A stretch of DNA of 63,800 nucleotides, filler included. It is 6 parts of 6 records of this genome, joined end to end, with 100 filler letters (N's around TTAATTAATTAA, not from the genome) between each part and the next. Parts side by side here need not be neighbours in the genome. Positions count along the whole stretch, not along the records: positions 16,396 to 33,394 come from SRR31147125_8331; positions 33,495 to 45,170 come from SRR31147125_8343; 4 more parts are not named here. One strand, written 5' to 3'. Shown here piece after piece: positions 29,698 to 40,615 of this stretch (positions are counted from its first letter, which is position 1; every line of letters begins with the position of its first letter). Below the pieces are notes generated by a model. It ran no database searches. It was not told where the DNA came from and saw only the letters and a program-made list of their open reading frames with translations. Both the position numbers and the translations under genes were made by a program.

Positions 29698-31752
29698 TTA
29701 CCCTTTGACACTACCTAAAGTTACACCTTGAATGATCTTCTTCGATAGTACTAAATATATAACTAGCATTGGTACAATTGCAATCACCATTAACATGTAT
29801 ACAGGACCTAAATCAAATGCATCAGGACTTGAATTTGTTAATAATGAAATGACAATTGGAATTGTTCTTTTGTTTGGTGATTGAATCACTAAACTTGGTA
29901 AATAGAAATTATTCCATGACGCAACAAAACTGAAAATGAATTGAACAGCGATCGCTGGACTAATCATAGGTAATGCTAAACGGTGGAAAGTTGTAATTTC
30001 ACTCGCACCATCAACACGAGCAGATTCAATCACTTCATAAGGTAATACAGAATCCATGTATTGCTTAATAAAGAAGAATGTTGCAGGTGCTGCGATTGTT
30101 GGAACAATTAAAACCCAATAATTATCTAATAAATTATATCTAAATAATAACGCAATGAGCCCAGCACTTGCAATTTGTGTTGGTATCATCATAATGACTA
30201 ATATAAATGTATAGATCGCTTTTCTACCTTTAAATCGATATAAATGGATCGCATACGCTGTCATTGCACTAAAGTATGTTGTAAGAATAGCTGTAGAAAG
30301 TGAAATAAATATTGAGTTTAACAATGCTTGACCAACGAACAAGTTTTGATTACTTAATAAGCTATCAAAATTTGTAAAGAAGAAATCTTTGAAAACCAAG
30401 CTCTTTAATGCACGTGATAAGTTTTCTGCAAAACCTGCACCTTGTAGTGTGTTAAACCCTCTTTGAATATCTGTATGACTCTTCGTTGCATTTAAAATGA
30501 GTAGATAGAAAATAAATATAATCATCAATGTGAATACTATATAGATGAAATATACGATAAATCTTTGAACATACAACAAGAGTTTATCAGTTGGCATCAT
30601 ATGATATTTACGTTTTGTATTTTCATTTGACTGATCTGCTTTATTTGCTTCTTCATGCTTCTGATCAACTGCTAAACTTTCATCTTCTTTTTCTAATAGC
30701 ATACGTTGATATCTTTTTTCACGATTTCTTTCAATAAAATTGATTTTATCTATAGCTGCAATTATCTTATCTTTTAAAACAGATGGTTTTGGTTCTTTAA
30801 TTTCTTTTTCGTTGTCTGTTCCTAAAAACTTAAAGAATATAAAACTGATAGCCCCTGTTATGATAAATACAACAACAGATACAGCGCCAGCTAAGCCTAA
30901 TTGCTTACTTGCACCTAACAATTTAGATAAATACATCATAATGGTCATCGTAGAAAAATCAGGACCACCATTACCTTGTGAGAAAATATATGGAATATCA
31001 TACATTTGTATACCACCAATTAATGATGTAACTAATACAAAGAGTAAGATAGGTTTTAATAACGGTAATATAATTTTAAGAAATATTTTAGTACTGCTTG
31101 CGCCATCCATTTGTGCTGACTCTATGGTTGTTTGATCTATACCCATGATACCTGCCATTAATAGAATCGTCGTATTCCCAAACCACATAATAAAGTTCAT
31201 GCTCGCGATAATCCATCTCGCTGACCATTTATTGTTGACGAAACTAAATGAATCATCAATCACACCTGAATTAATAAGTAATGTTTCAATTGGACCATTA
31301 TTTCCAAATAATTGCATAAATAACATTGAAAATGCCGCTGCCATCACTAAATTAGGCATATACATAATGGTTTTAAAGAAACTAGATGCTTTTATGCGTA
31401 GTCTCATTGAAGTAAACCAGAGCGCAAATAACAATGATACAACAAGTTGTGGAACAAATCCCATGAGCCACATAATCATTGTATTACCAAAGTATTTGAA
31501 TAGTTTTTCTGATCCTGTTTGAAAAACAGCCACATAATTTTGTAATCCTATAAAATTAGGACCTACAATTGATAAACCTTGTTGTCTATATTCGAAAAAA
31601 CTATAGTAAAACGTTGATAATAATGGGATTAAGGAAAAAACAAAGTAAACAACAATAAAGGGAATTAAAAATCTATATCCCCATTTGTTATAATCAACTT
31701 TTGTTTTCTTTGGTTTTTCTTTAATTTTAATCTGTGATGATTGTGCTTGCAT
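29698..31752 (-). CDS. Fused carbohydrate ABC permease (MalF-like + MalG-like)
   Basis: Two EAA loops (ESAQMDGAS, ESARVDGAS) separated by a long charged linker. Confidence 0.88.
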   Translation of the reverse strand: MQAQSSQIKIKEKPKKTKVDYNKWGYRFLIPFIVVYFVFSLIPLLSTFYYSFFEYRQQGLSIVGPNFIGLQNYVAVFQTGSEKLFKYFGNTMIMWLMGFVPQLVVSLLFALWFTSMRLRIKASSFFKTIMYMPNLVMAAAFSMLFMQLFGNNGPIETLLINSGVIDDSFSFVNNKWSARWIIASMNFIMWFGNTTILLMAGIMGIDQTTIESAQMDGASSTKIFLKIILPLLKPILLFVLVTSLIGGIQMYDIPYIFSQGNGGPDFSTMTIMMYLSKLLGASKQLGLAGAVSVVVFIITGAISFIFFKFLGTDNEKEIKEPKPSVLKDKIIAAIDKINFIERNREKRYQRMLLEKEDESLAVDQKHEEANKADQSNENTKRKYHMMPTDKLLLYVQRFIVYFIYIVFTLMIIFIFYLLILNATKSHTDIQRGFNTLQGAGFAENLSRALKSLVFKDFFFTNFDSLLSNQNLFVGQALLNSIFISLSTAILTTYFSAMTAYAIHLYRFKGRKAIYTFILVIMMIPTQIASAGLIALLFRYNLLDNYWVLIVPTIAAPATFFFIKQYMDSVLPYEVIESARVDGASEITTFHRLALPMISPAIAVQFIFSFVASWNNFYLPSLVIQSPNKRTIPIVISLLTNSSPDAFDLGPVYMLMVIAIVPMLVIYLVLSKKIIQGVTLGSVKG

Positions 31753-31823
31753 GATAATCTCCTTGTTAATGGTTGATAATGAGGAGACATAGTCTCCCCA
31801 TTACCGATTTTAATATTGTTTAA

Positions 31824-33224
31824 TTATGCAACTGGTTCTGCTGGATAACTTGATGGGAAATCTAATTCTGGGTAAAGTGTAGAAACTAATGTTTCAAAGT
31901 TTGCCCAAGCTTCATCATAAGTTACTTCGCCATTGAAATAATCACCAAATGCTGTTTGAATACTTTCATTTAAACCTTGATCATAAGGTGATGTATTACT
32001 CATATCAATATCAGCAGCTGATTGATTGAATAATGCGATATGATTTTGACCACCTAAGAAGTCTGAACCATAATCTTCATCATTTGCAATAAAGTCCATA
32101 GCTGATTGATTATTTGTATAATCTTGAGTAGTTAATGTAATATCTTTAGCTATTGATTCATTCATAGTTAATGTTACCATAATATCTCTAACTAATGATG
32201 GATTATCAGTACCAACAGCACCTACAACCCAAGTACCACCCCAGTAGTAACTTGCAGGACCTTCTACAACGCCCCAATCACCATAAATACCATTACCAAC
32301 TTCAGCTGGTGCACTTGAATCTTCAAGTGAGTTTCCTAATAATGTAAAGTTAATACCCCATGTAGAATAGAAGAAACCAAATACGTCGCCGTCTGGACCT
32401 TGATCTGCAGCCCAACCTTCACTCCATAATGAGTTTCCGTTGTTATAATCACTGTCAGTATAAATCTTAGTTTGTTCAATCCAGTTCATTACTTGATCAT
32501 CAATTCTAATTTGAGTACCATTTACCCATTTATCACTAAAGTTATTTGAGAATGTACGGTATGCATCATCATAACCTGATAACATTTTATAACCATCAGT
32601 AGCCATGTCAGCAGCAACAGTATCAAATTTATCCCAATCAGATAGTGCAGCTTGTACAGTTTCAGGATCATCAGAACCTAATACTTCAGTAGCAATTGAA
32701 CGACGGTAAGCAAATAAACCTGGAGTTGCTTGCCATGATGTAGCTCTTAAGTTACCATCACTATCAGTAACGATATCTTGTGTATAATCATATTGATCAG
32801 CTAATAATTCAGCATCAATACCTAAATCATCAACGATATCTAATGCAACAGGATCGCCATCAACATCAGTATATTTTCTTGCATAATCTGCTTCGATTAA
32901 GAAAATATCTACTTTGTCATCATCTGCAGCATTATCTTGATTTAATAATGCTTGGTCTAATGCTGTTTGATATGCATTACCATCATTTGCAACAATTATC
33001 CATTGTACTTCTGTACCATCGACAAGTAAATCATTACCATTGTCTAATGTTTTAACATAAGATGGATAGAATGCTCTAAATCTATCTTGGAATTCTGTGT
33101 TCCAAGCACGAATAACTAAAACATCACCTTCTGATGAATCAGCATCTTCACCGTTATCATCATTACATGCAACTAAGCCTAATGCAACAACAAGTGTTAG
33201 TAAGAATAATACTATTTTTTTCAT
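31824..33224 (-). CDS. Carbohydrate ABC substrate-binding lipoprotein (probably cellobiose/cellodextrin)
   Basis: LVAC lipobox, SBP family 1 features (YYWGGTW), operon context. Confidence 0.88.
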   Translation of the reverse strand: MKKIVLFLLTLVVALGLVACNDDNGEDADSSEGDVLVIRAWNTEFQDRFRAFYPSYVKTLDNGNDLLVDGTEVQWIIVANDGNAYQTALDQALLNQDNAADDDKVDIFLIEADYARKYTDVDGDPVALDIVDDLGIDAELLADQYDYTQDIVTDSDGNLRATSWQATPGLFAYRRSIATEVLGSDDPETVQAALSDWDKFDTVAADMATDGYKMLSGYDDAYRTFSNNFSDKWVNGTQIRIDDQVMNWIEQTKIYTDSDYNNGNSLWSEGWAADQGPDGDVFGFFYSTWGINFTLLGNSLEDSSAPAEVGNGIYGDWGVVEGPASYYWGGTWVVGAVGTDNPSLVRDIMVTLTMNESIAKDITLTTQDYTNNQSAMDFIANDEDYGSDFLGGQNHIALFNQSAADIDMSNTSPYDQGLNESIQTAFGDYFNGEVTYDEAWANFETLVSTLYPELDFPSSYPAEPVA

Positions 33225-33273
33225 TTGTAACCTTCTCCTTTTATATATTTCATAGTCTCCCTATGATTGTTAC

Positions 33274-33394
33274 CTATAATTGTGATACTGTTTGTCCTTG
33301 TTGTATTTCGCCTTTTACAACAATTTGACGTGGAATATAAGTTTTAGGATTTTCTATCATTTTCACCAGTTCTACAACTGATAGTCTACCAATC
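33274..33394 (-). CDS. LacI-family transcriptional regulator, 3' end only
   Basis: IGRLSVVELVKMIENPKTYIPRQIVVKGEIQQGQTVSQL*. Confidence 0.75.
33335..33394 (-). repeat. Right copy of 60-bp inverted repeat
   Basis: Reverse complement matches 16396-16455 at 59/60. Confidence 0.95.
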
Positions 33395-33494
33395 NNNNNN
33401 NNNNNNNNNNNNNNNNNNNNNNNNNNNNNNNNNNNNNNTTAATTAATTAANNNNNNNNNNNNNNNNNNNNNNNNNNNNNNNNNNNNNNNNNNNN
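33395..33494. other. Artificial contig spacer
   Basis: N-run with TTAATTAATTAA. Confidence 0.99.
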
Positions 33495-33765
33495 CTCATA
33501 TGGGATGGAATGTTATTTCGAATGCAAAGGATGACCATTTAGCAAATAATCTGTATTCTGAAAATAGATTTTATTTTGTTCATTCATATTATGTGGATTG
33601 CAATGATAAAGAGGATGTATTGTTCACTACTGACTACGGTAGAACATTTGTTTCAGGTTTTTCTAAAGATAATATTTTTGGTGTACAGTTTCACCCAGAA
33701 AAAGTCATAAATATGGAAAAAGGATACTTGAAAACTTTTGTAAACTTGGAGATTCAAAATGTTAA
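33495..33765 (+). CDS. hisH: HisH-like glutamine amidotransferase of a polysaccharide locus (3' part; frameshift near 33700)
   Basis: HMGWN, FYFVHSY, GVQFHPEK; the shifted frame gives SHKYGKRILENF. Confidence 0.85.
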
Positions 33766-34520
33766 GAAACAGAATAATCCCTGTTTTGTTGCTACATGAT
33801 AATGGATTGGTTAAAACAAAAAGGTTTAGGAAACCGAAATATTTGGGTGATCCTATAAATGTGATAAATATATTTAATGACAAAGAAGTTGATGAACTCA
33901 TTTTTTTGGATATCGATGCAACTAGGAGAAATAAGAAAATTGATTTTAAAATGATCGAAGATATAGCTTCTGAGTGTTTTATGCCCTTTGCTTACGGAGG
34001 TGGTATAAAGAAAATAGAAGAAATCGAAAAATTGTTTTTCATTGGTGTTGAAAAAGTAATCATTAATAGTTCCCTAAATAATAAAAAGTTGATAGAGGAT
34101 GCTATTGTTAAATTCGGTTCACAAAGTATTGTTGCTTCTATTGACATTAAGAAGGATAGAAGAGGGAATTATAGAATATATTCACATAAAACTAATAAAC
34201 TAGAGAACATTAACTATATTGATTATATAAATGAAATTGAAGAACTACAGGTTGGTGAAATATTTATTAACAATGTTGATTATGATGGAATGATGGAAGG
34301 ATATGATATCGAACTTATGAAGACAATAAGTAATTCGACATCTGTTCCTGTTGTTGCTTGTGGTGGTGCTGGTAATTTGAAGGACATTAAAGAGTTAATT
34401 ACAAATACTAATGTTTCCGCAGCAGCAGCAGGGAGTATTTTTGTATTTATTGGTATATATAATTCCGTTTTAATTACCTATCCAAAGTACAATGATCTTA
34501 TAAAATTGATAGGAGAGTAG
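33759..34520 (+). CDS. hisF: HisF-like cyclase (WbuZ/AglZ type)
   Basis: RIIPVLL, YLGDPIN, KEVDELIFLDI, YGGGI, ACGGAG. Confidence 0.9.
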   Translation: MLRNRIIPVLLLHDNGLVKTKRFRKPKYLGDPINVINIFNDKEVDELIFLDIDATRRNKKIDFKMIEDIASECFMPFAYGGGIKKIEEIEKLFFIGVEKVIINSSLNNKKLIEDAIVKFGSQSIVASIDIKKDRRGNYRIYSHKTNKLENINYIDYINEIEELQVGEIFINNVDYDGMMEGYDIELMKTISNSTSVPVVACGGAGNLKDIKELITNTNVSAAAAGSIFVFIGIYNSVLITYPKYNDLIKLIGE

Positions 34521-34521
34521 A

Positions 34522-35676
34522 ATGGATAAGTATAGAATTTGTACTAGATGCATCATGGATACAACAGATCCAGATATTTCTTTTGATGAAAAGGAGTCTG
34601 TTCCCATTGTCACAACTTCGAAAAGATCAGAAAGCCAATCTGGTTTCCAGATGAAAATGGCAATAAGATCCTTGAAAAAAAGATATCCGTACTGAAGAAA
34701 GAGAGAGCAAAATATAAATATGACTGCATGATTGGATTAAGTGGAGGAGTAGATAGTTCTTATTTAGCTTATATACTTAAGAAGGATTATAATCTAAGGA
34801 TGTTGGCAGTTCATATTGATGCTGGCTGAATTAGAACTTGCTGTAAGTAATATTGAAAATATTGTAAATAAGCTTAGTATTGATTTGTATACTCATGTTG
34901 TTGACTGGCAGGAAATGAAGGATTTACAATTAGCTTTTTTAAAATCAGGTGTTGTTAATCAGGATACTCCACAAGATCATGTGTTTTTTGCTGGTTTATA
35001 TGAAGCAGCAAAGAAGTTTAAAATAAAGGATTTTTTCGTAGGATATAATATACAAACAGAATCTGTTCTTCCTAAAGCTTGGCAGGGACTCTCTGCAATG
35101 GATACTATACAGTTAAAATATATTAATAAAGAGTTCGGAAGTCTTCGAATAAATAAATTTCCAACTGTTAGTATATATGATCAGTATTTCTACTTCCCAT
35201 ATATATTTGGATTTAGAAAATTTTCACTAAACTACATTAAGTATAATAAAGATCTAGCCAAAAAAATAATCATTGATGAACTGGATTGGAGAGACTATGG
35301 GGTAAAACATGGAGAGTCAAAATGGACAAGATTTTTTCAATCATATTTCCTTCCAACTAGGTATGGTTATGACAAAAGACGAGCACATCTTTCAAGTTTA
35401 ATTTTGGCAGGTGAAATATCTAGAGAAGAGGCACTTAAAAGAATTGAGATCCCCGTATATGTAAGTAATAGAGAAATAAATGATGACAAAGAATATGTTG
35501 CTAAAAAGCTAGGTATATCAACTGGGGTATTGGATGAATATGTTAATAATGACAAAATTGACTATACATTATATCCCAATGCAGAAAAAAGACTAAAAAT
35601 GTTAAGTAATATTAAGCAATTTTTACTAAAAAATATGGTTTATAAAAAAATAAATAAAGCTGGAAAAGGAAAATGA
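34522..35676 (+). CDS. N-acetyl sugar amidotransferase (WbuX/WbpG family); frameshifts near 34590 and 34828
   Basis: MDKYRICTRCIMDTTDP, CSHC, GLSGGVDSSY PP-loop, KHGES, GYDKRRAHLSSLI. Confidence 0.88.
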
Positions 35677-36905
35677 ATTTACTGATCTTAGCATATAGGT
35701 TTCCACCCATGGGTGGAGTAGGGACAAGACGTTGGGCAAAGTTTGCTAAATACTTCTCAAGAAAGAACGTAAATATTCATGTATTAACATTGAGAAATCC
35801 TGAAAAAGGTTCAGTTAATTGGTATTCAGATATTGATGGGTTAGAGAATCTTACAGTACATACTTTTAATCCTCCAAATAATAGATATATATTGAAAAAT
35901 AAGAATAACTATCTAACTCGTATTAATAATCGAATTAAGAGAGAATTCAGAATAGTAATAGGTATTGAATTAATAGACTATGCTGAAAAATGGGCAAAGA
36001 ATGTAATAGAAGAAGCAAAAATAATAATTGACAGATATGATATTGATACTATTATCGCTACTGGACCTCCTGCTAGTGTACATCTTCATGCAGCGATATT
36101 GAAAACTGAAAGACCTGATGTCAAACTCATCCAGGATTACCGAGATCCCTGGAACTCTCATCGAAATTATGAACTAGGAAAATACCATAGGTTACTTAGT
36201 ACAAAAAATAGATCCTTACAATATGAACAATTTGCATTAAATATAGCTGATAAAATAGTGGTTGTTTCAAAAAGAATGCAAGAGCAGCTTGTAAAATCTT
36301 TCGGAACTGACAGTAGTAAAGTCTCTGTGATCTATAATGGTTTCGATCGTGATGATTTTTTGAGATTTAATGAAAAAAGTAATAAGAATAGAAATAATAA
36401 AATAGAGTTTATCTATGCAGGAACAATATCTCCTGGGCGTAAGGAAGGAATTGAACTTTTTTTGTCACAATTAAAAGAAATAGGGAATAAAAATTGTATA
36501 CTGCATCTTTATTCTAATTTAAAGAAAAACTCTTTTTTGCCTGAATTAAATGAGTACTGTGCTTTTCATGATTTTATAGATCCTAAACTACTATTAGAAA
36601 AAATTAACTCATCTGATATTTGTTTATCAGTTAATGATAAACGTGATTCGCATGCATTTGGTACAAAAATATTCGAGTATCTTGCATTAAATAAGCCCGT
36701 ACTTCATATATCTGAAGGTGGAGAACTTTATGAGCTTCTAAAAGAATATGGTATGTTTGTTTCTGACTATTCAAAAACAAACTTGAAAAAGGCTATTATT
36801 AAGACAATAGATAAAGATCTTGAAAATGTTGAATGTGATTTTAACGATTTTAGTCTTGATCACCTTTCAGAGAAATACATAAGAATAATAGAAGAACTGA
36901 AGTAA
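35673..36905 (+). CDS. Glycosyltransferase family 4-like
   Basis: YRFPPMGGVG, TGPP, DYRDPW, KIFEYL. Confidence 0.88.
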   Translation: MNLLILAYRFPPMGGVGTRRWAKFAKYFSRKNVNIHVLTLRNPEKGSVNWYSDIDGLENLTVHTFNPPNNRYILKNKNNYLTRINNRIKREFRIVIGIELIDYAEKWAKNVIEEAKIIIDRYDIDTIIATGPPASVHLHAAILKTERPDVKLIQDYRDPWNSHRNYELGKYHRLLSTKNRSLQYEQFALNIADKIVVVSKRMQEQLVKSFGTDSSKVSVIYNGFDRDDFLRFNEKSNKNRNNKIEFIYAGTISPGRKEGIELFLSQLKEIGNKNCILHLYSNLKKNSFLPELNEYCAFHDFIDPKLLLEKINSSDICLSVNDKRDSHAFGTKIFEYLALNKPVLHISEGGELYELLKEYGMFVSDYSKTNLKKAIIKTIDKDLENVECDFNDFSLDHLSEKYIRIIEELK

Positions 36906-37179
36906 GTGTATACTCTGCGAAATATTCTATTCAAAGTATCTATCTAAAATAGAATTAAATTCTAAATGCTGATAGTTATTAGCTTGTAATAGATTAAAAT
37001 CTAAAAAAAATGACTGATTGAATGTTACTATTAAACATTTAAGTGTCAAATTGTATTTCTATTAGTAATGTTTTGAATGATAATTAATGTTTAATATAAG
37101 CTTAAATAGTAATATAGTATTATGAATTGGAATTATCAATGTTTAACAGATTATCTATTTGAAGGTGGTATAATACTGA

Positions 37180-38250
37180 ATGATTAATATAGTAACGATT
37201 ATTGGAGCAAGGCCGCAATTTGTTAAAGCGGCTGTTATCAGTAGATTAATTAGAGAGAAATTTTCTGATTGTATAAACGAATATATTGTTCATACCGGTC
37301 AGCATTATGATAGCAATATGTCAGAAATCTTTTTCCAGGAAATGAATATTCCAACCCCTGATGTAAACTTGAATATTGGTTCCGGACATCATGGAGAGAT
37401 GACTGGTAGAATGCTGGAAAAAATTGAACAAATATTGTTGGTAAGAAAACCGGATTTATTGCTTGTTTATGGAGATACGAATTCTACTCTGGCTGGTGCC
37501 CTTGCCGCTAGTAAAATTCATATACCTGTTGGTCATATTGAAGCAGGGCTCAGAAGCTTCAATATGAATATGCCTGAAGAACAAAACCGTATATTAACAG
37601 ATCATTTATCTACTTATCTTTTTTGTCCAACTAAGACCGCGATAAGCAATCTTAATAGTGAAGGGATAAAAAATAAGGTATATTTAAATGGTGATGTTAT
37701 GTATGATGCATCCTTATATTATCGAAATATAAATAAAACTAGAATGAAATCCTGTATTTCTGAAAAACTTGGAATCAAAAACTTTGCTTTATTAACACTA
37801 CATAGAGCAGAAAATACTGATTCTGAACAGAGATTAAAATCAATAATTAATGCGATTAATTATTGTAGTGATACGGAGATAGTATTTCCAATTCATCCAA
37901 GGACAAAAAAATATATCAGTAAATATAAACTTGAATTGAATGAACATATAAAAGTAATTGAGCCAGTGGGTTTCTTCGATATGTTGGACCTTGAAGAAAA
38001 ATGTAATTTCATAATTACAGATTCTGGAGGTGTTCAGAAAGAAGCTTATTTCTTCAATAAAAAATGTATTACTTTAAGGGATCAGACTGAGTGGGTTGAG
38101 ACTGTAGATGCTGGTGTTAATATCTTAGCTGGGGCTAAGGAAGAAAAAATAGTAAATGCTATATGTAGTAATGAAACAATATCGTTTAGAAATGATCTAT
38201 ATGGAAATGGAAATGCAGGTGAATCAATAATAAAGAAAATATTGCATTAA
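37180..38250 (+). CDS. wecB: UDP-sugar 2-epimerase, non-hydrolysing (WbpI-like)
   Basis: GARPQFVK, HTGQHYD, GDTNST, HIEAGLRS, TDSGGVQKEA. Confidence 0.9.
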   Translation: MINIVTIIGARPQFVKAAVISRLIREKFSDCINEYIVHTGQHYDSNMSEIFFQEMNIPTPDVNLNIGSGHHGEMTGRMLEKIEQILLVRKPDLLLVYGDTNSTLAGALAASKIHIPVGHIEAGLRSFNMNMPEEQNRILTDHLSTYLFCPTKTAISNLNSEGIKNKVYLNGDVMYDASLYYRNINKTRMKSCISEKLGIKNFALLTLHRAENTDSEQRLKSIINAINYCSDTEIVFPIHPRTKKYISKYKLELNEHIKVIEPVGFFDMLDLEEKCNFIITDSGGVQKEAYFFNKKCITLRDQTEWVETVDAGVNILAGAKEEKIVNAICSNETISFRNDLYGNGNAGESIIKKILH

Positions 38251-38270
38251 ATAACGTTAAAAGGATTGAG

Positions 38271-39470
38271 ATGATGAATACAATAACAATAATGGGGCTA
38301 GGTTACATAGGATTACCTTCTGCGGCTCTACTTGCTAGTAGAGGGTATTCAATTAGAGGAGTTGATGTTGTACCAGAAATTATTGACATAATTAATGAAG
38401 GTAAAATTCATATTGTAGAACCAGAATTAGATGAATTTGTTCGTGCTGGTGTTGATTCCGGGAGGCTTAAGGCAGAATTATGTCCCGCTGAATCCGATAT
38501 TTTTATCATTGCAGTACCTACGCCATTTAAGAATAATTATGAGCCGGATTTGCAATATGTAAGGCAAGCAACCCTCGCAATTTCACCTTTTTTACGAGCA
38601 GGGAATATGGTGATACTTGAATCAACATCACCAGTAGGAACAACGCAATTAATAAGTGATATCCTTGAAAAAGAAGGTCATGATACAAGTAATATATATA
38701 TTGCACATTGTCCTGAAAGAGTACTACCTGGTAAAATTATGATTGAGCTAATAGAAAATGATCGTATTATTGGTGGTTTAACTCCGGAGGCAACTAAAAA
38801 GGTTGCTGACTTTTATCGTACATTTGTTAGCGGAGAAGTTCTAGAAACAGATGCAAAAACAGCTGAAATGTCTAAATTAGTTGAAAACTCTTCAAGAGAT
38901 GTTCAGATTGCATTTGCAAATGAACTATCAATTGTCTGTAGTAATATGGGCATAAATGTTTGGGATGTAATTTCTCTTGCTAATAGACATCCAAGGGTAA
39001 ATATATTAAATCCTGGAACAGGAGTAGGTGGTCATTGTATCGCTGTAGATCCATGGTTTATTGTCAATTCAGAAAAAAAAGAGACAGTACTAATTAAAAC
39101 TGCAAGAGAAAGAAATCTATACAAAACTGATTGGATAGTAAATTCTATTATTAATAAAGTTGAGAGGATAGAAACTGATCTTAAACGAAAAGCAAGAATT
39201 GCTACAATGGGTATGGCATTTAAGGCTGATATTGATGATCTCCGAGAATCTCCCTCATTATATGTTGTAGAGAACCTTATTGATGCAGGTCTAGATGTAT
39301 TTCCTGTAGAACCAAATCTTGATAATCATGAGGATCTTGAGCTTTATGATTATCAAGAAATTGTCCAGAAAGTTGATTTGATAGTATTTCTAGTTCCTCA
39401 CAAAGAGTTTTTTAATTTAAATACTGAAAATGTTGAGATACTTGACTTCTGTGGAGTAAAAGAAGCATGA
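38271..39470 (+). CDS. wecC: UDP-N-acetyl-D-mannosamine dehydrogenase
   Basis: [39 protein letters not shown]. Confidence 0.93.
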   Translation: MMNTITIMGLGYIGLPSAALLASRGYSIRGVDVVPEIIDIINEGKIHIVEPELDEFVRAGVDSGRLKAELCPAESDIFIIAVPTPFKNNYEPDLQYVRQATLAISPFLRAGNMVILESTSPVGTTQLISDILEKEGHDTSNIYIAHCPERVLPGKIMIELIENDRIIGGLTPEATKKVADFYRTFVSGEVLETDAKTAEMSKLVENSSRDVQIAFANELSIVCSNMGINVWDVISLANRHPRVNILNPGTGVGGHCIAVDPWFIVNSEKKETVLIKTARERNLYKTDWIVNSIINKVERIETDLKRKARIATMGMAFKADIDDLRESPSLYVVENLIDAGLDVFPVEPNLDNHEDLELYDYQEIVQKVDLIVFLVPHKEFFNLNTENVEILDFCGVKEA

Positions 39471-40594
39471 AAAAGGTTTTAGCAGTCTTCGGAACTAGAC
39501 CCGAGGCAATTAAAATGGCTCCTGTTATCATGGAGCTTGAGCAGTCAAAATGTATTGATCTAAAAGTATGTGTTACAGCCCAACATAGGGAAATGTTGGA
39601 TCAAGTTCTTGATCTATTTGAAATAAAACCTGATTATGATCTGAATATAATGAAACCTGGACAGGATTTATTTGATGTAACAATAAATATACTTAGTGGA
39701 ATGAAAAAAGTTCTTGATGATTTTGAGCCACATGTAATACTTGTGCATGGTGATACCTCTACTAGTTTTGCTGCTGCGTTGGCTGGTTTCTATAAAAATA
39801 TCAAAATAGGACATATTGAAGCAGGTCTAAGAACGTATAATTTGTTAGCACCTTGGCCTGAGGAAGCAAATAGGCAATTAACTGGTAGAATTGCGGATTA
39901 TCACTTTGCACCTACTGAAAAATCTTATACGAATCTGAGAAAAGAAAAGTTAAATAGTACTGAAATAGTAGTAACAGGGAATACCGTAATTGATTCTCTA
40001 CTATGGGTAAAGAATAACTTTATTAGTACTGAGCAGGATGAAGAGTTAATAAGAGAATTAGAAAGAAATGGTTATGCAATTAATCAATCTAGGAAGATTA
40101 TATTGGTGACGGGGCATCGAAGGGAGAATTTTGGTGATGGATTTCTCAATATTTGTCAATCTCTAAAGGAGATAGGGGAGAAAAATCCTGATTTTGATAT
40201 AGTATATCCAGTACACCTCAACCCGAATGTTAGAAAACCTGTTTTTGAGATACTAAAATCAATAAATAATATCCATTTAATTGAGCCGCTAGAGTATTTA
40301 CCTTTTACATATTTGATGTCTAGATCATATTTAGTACTCACTGATAGCGGTGGTATTCAAGAGGAAGCTCCTTCGTTTGGCAAGCCTGTTCTTGTAATGC
40401 GAGAGACTACAGAGCGGCCTGAAGCAGTTGATGCTGGAACAGTAAAACTTGTAGGTACTGATAAAGATAGAATTGTGAAGTCAGTTCAAACGTTGATTGA
40501 CGATACCCAGATGTATGAAAAAATGTCATTGGCTCATAATCCATATGGTGATGGAAACGCATCGAAAAGAATAAGAGATTTTCTTGAAAAATAG
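39467..40594 (+). CDS. wecB: UDP-N-acetylglucosamine 2-epimerase
   Basis: [36 protein letters not shown]. Confidence 0.95.
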   Translation: MKKVLAVFGTRPEAIKMAPVIMELEQSKCIDLKVCVTAQHREMLDQVLDLFEIKPDYDLNIMKPGQDLFDVTINILSGMKKVLDDFEPHVILVHGDTSTSFAAALAGFYKNIKIGHIEAGLRTYNLLAPWPEEANRQLTGRIADYHFAPTEKSYTNLRKEKLNSTEIVVTGNTVIDSLLWVKNNFISTEQDEELIRELERNGYAINQSRKIILVTGHRRENFGDGFLNICQSLKEIGEKNPDFDIVYPVHLNPNVRKPVFEILKSINNIHLIEPLEYLPFTYLMSRSYLVLTDSGGIQEEAPSFGKPVLVMRETTERPEAVDAGTVKLVGTDKDRIVKSVQTLIDDTQMYEKMSLAHNPYGDGNASKRIRDFLEK

Positions 40595-40615
40595 TAATAA
40601 TTGAGGATTTTTGTG

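Noticed and set aside
16396-33394. Circular plasmid or transposon with terminal inverted repeats
   Set aside because: The repeats are inverted (not direct) LacI coding sequence, and there is no replication, integrase or transposase gene
33495-34520. Histidine biosynthesis operon
   Set aside because: The hisH/hisF paralogues flank a sugar amidotransferase within a glycan cluster, and no other his genes are present
34816-34835. TGA read as Trp (genetic code 4) at GCTGGCTGAATT
   Set aside because: Better explained by missing bases in TGG-AAT-TCA; TGA terminates other genes in this contig
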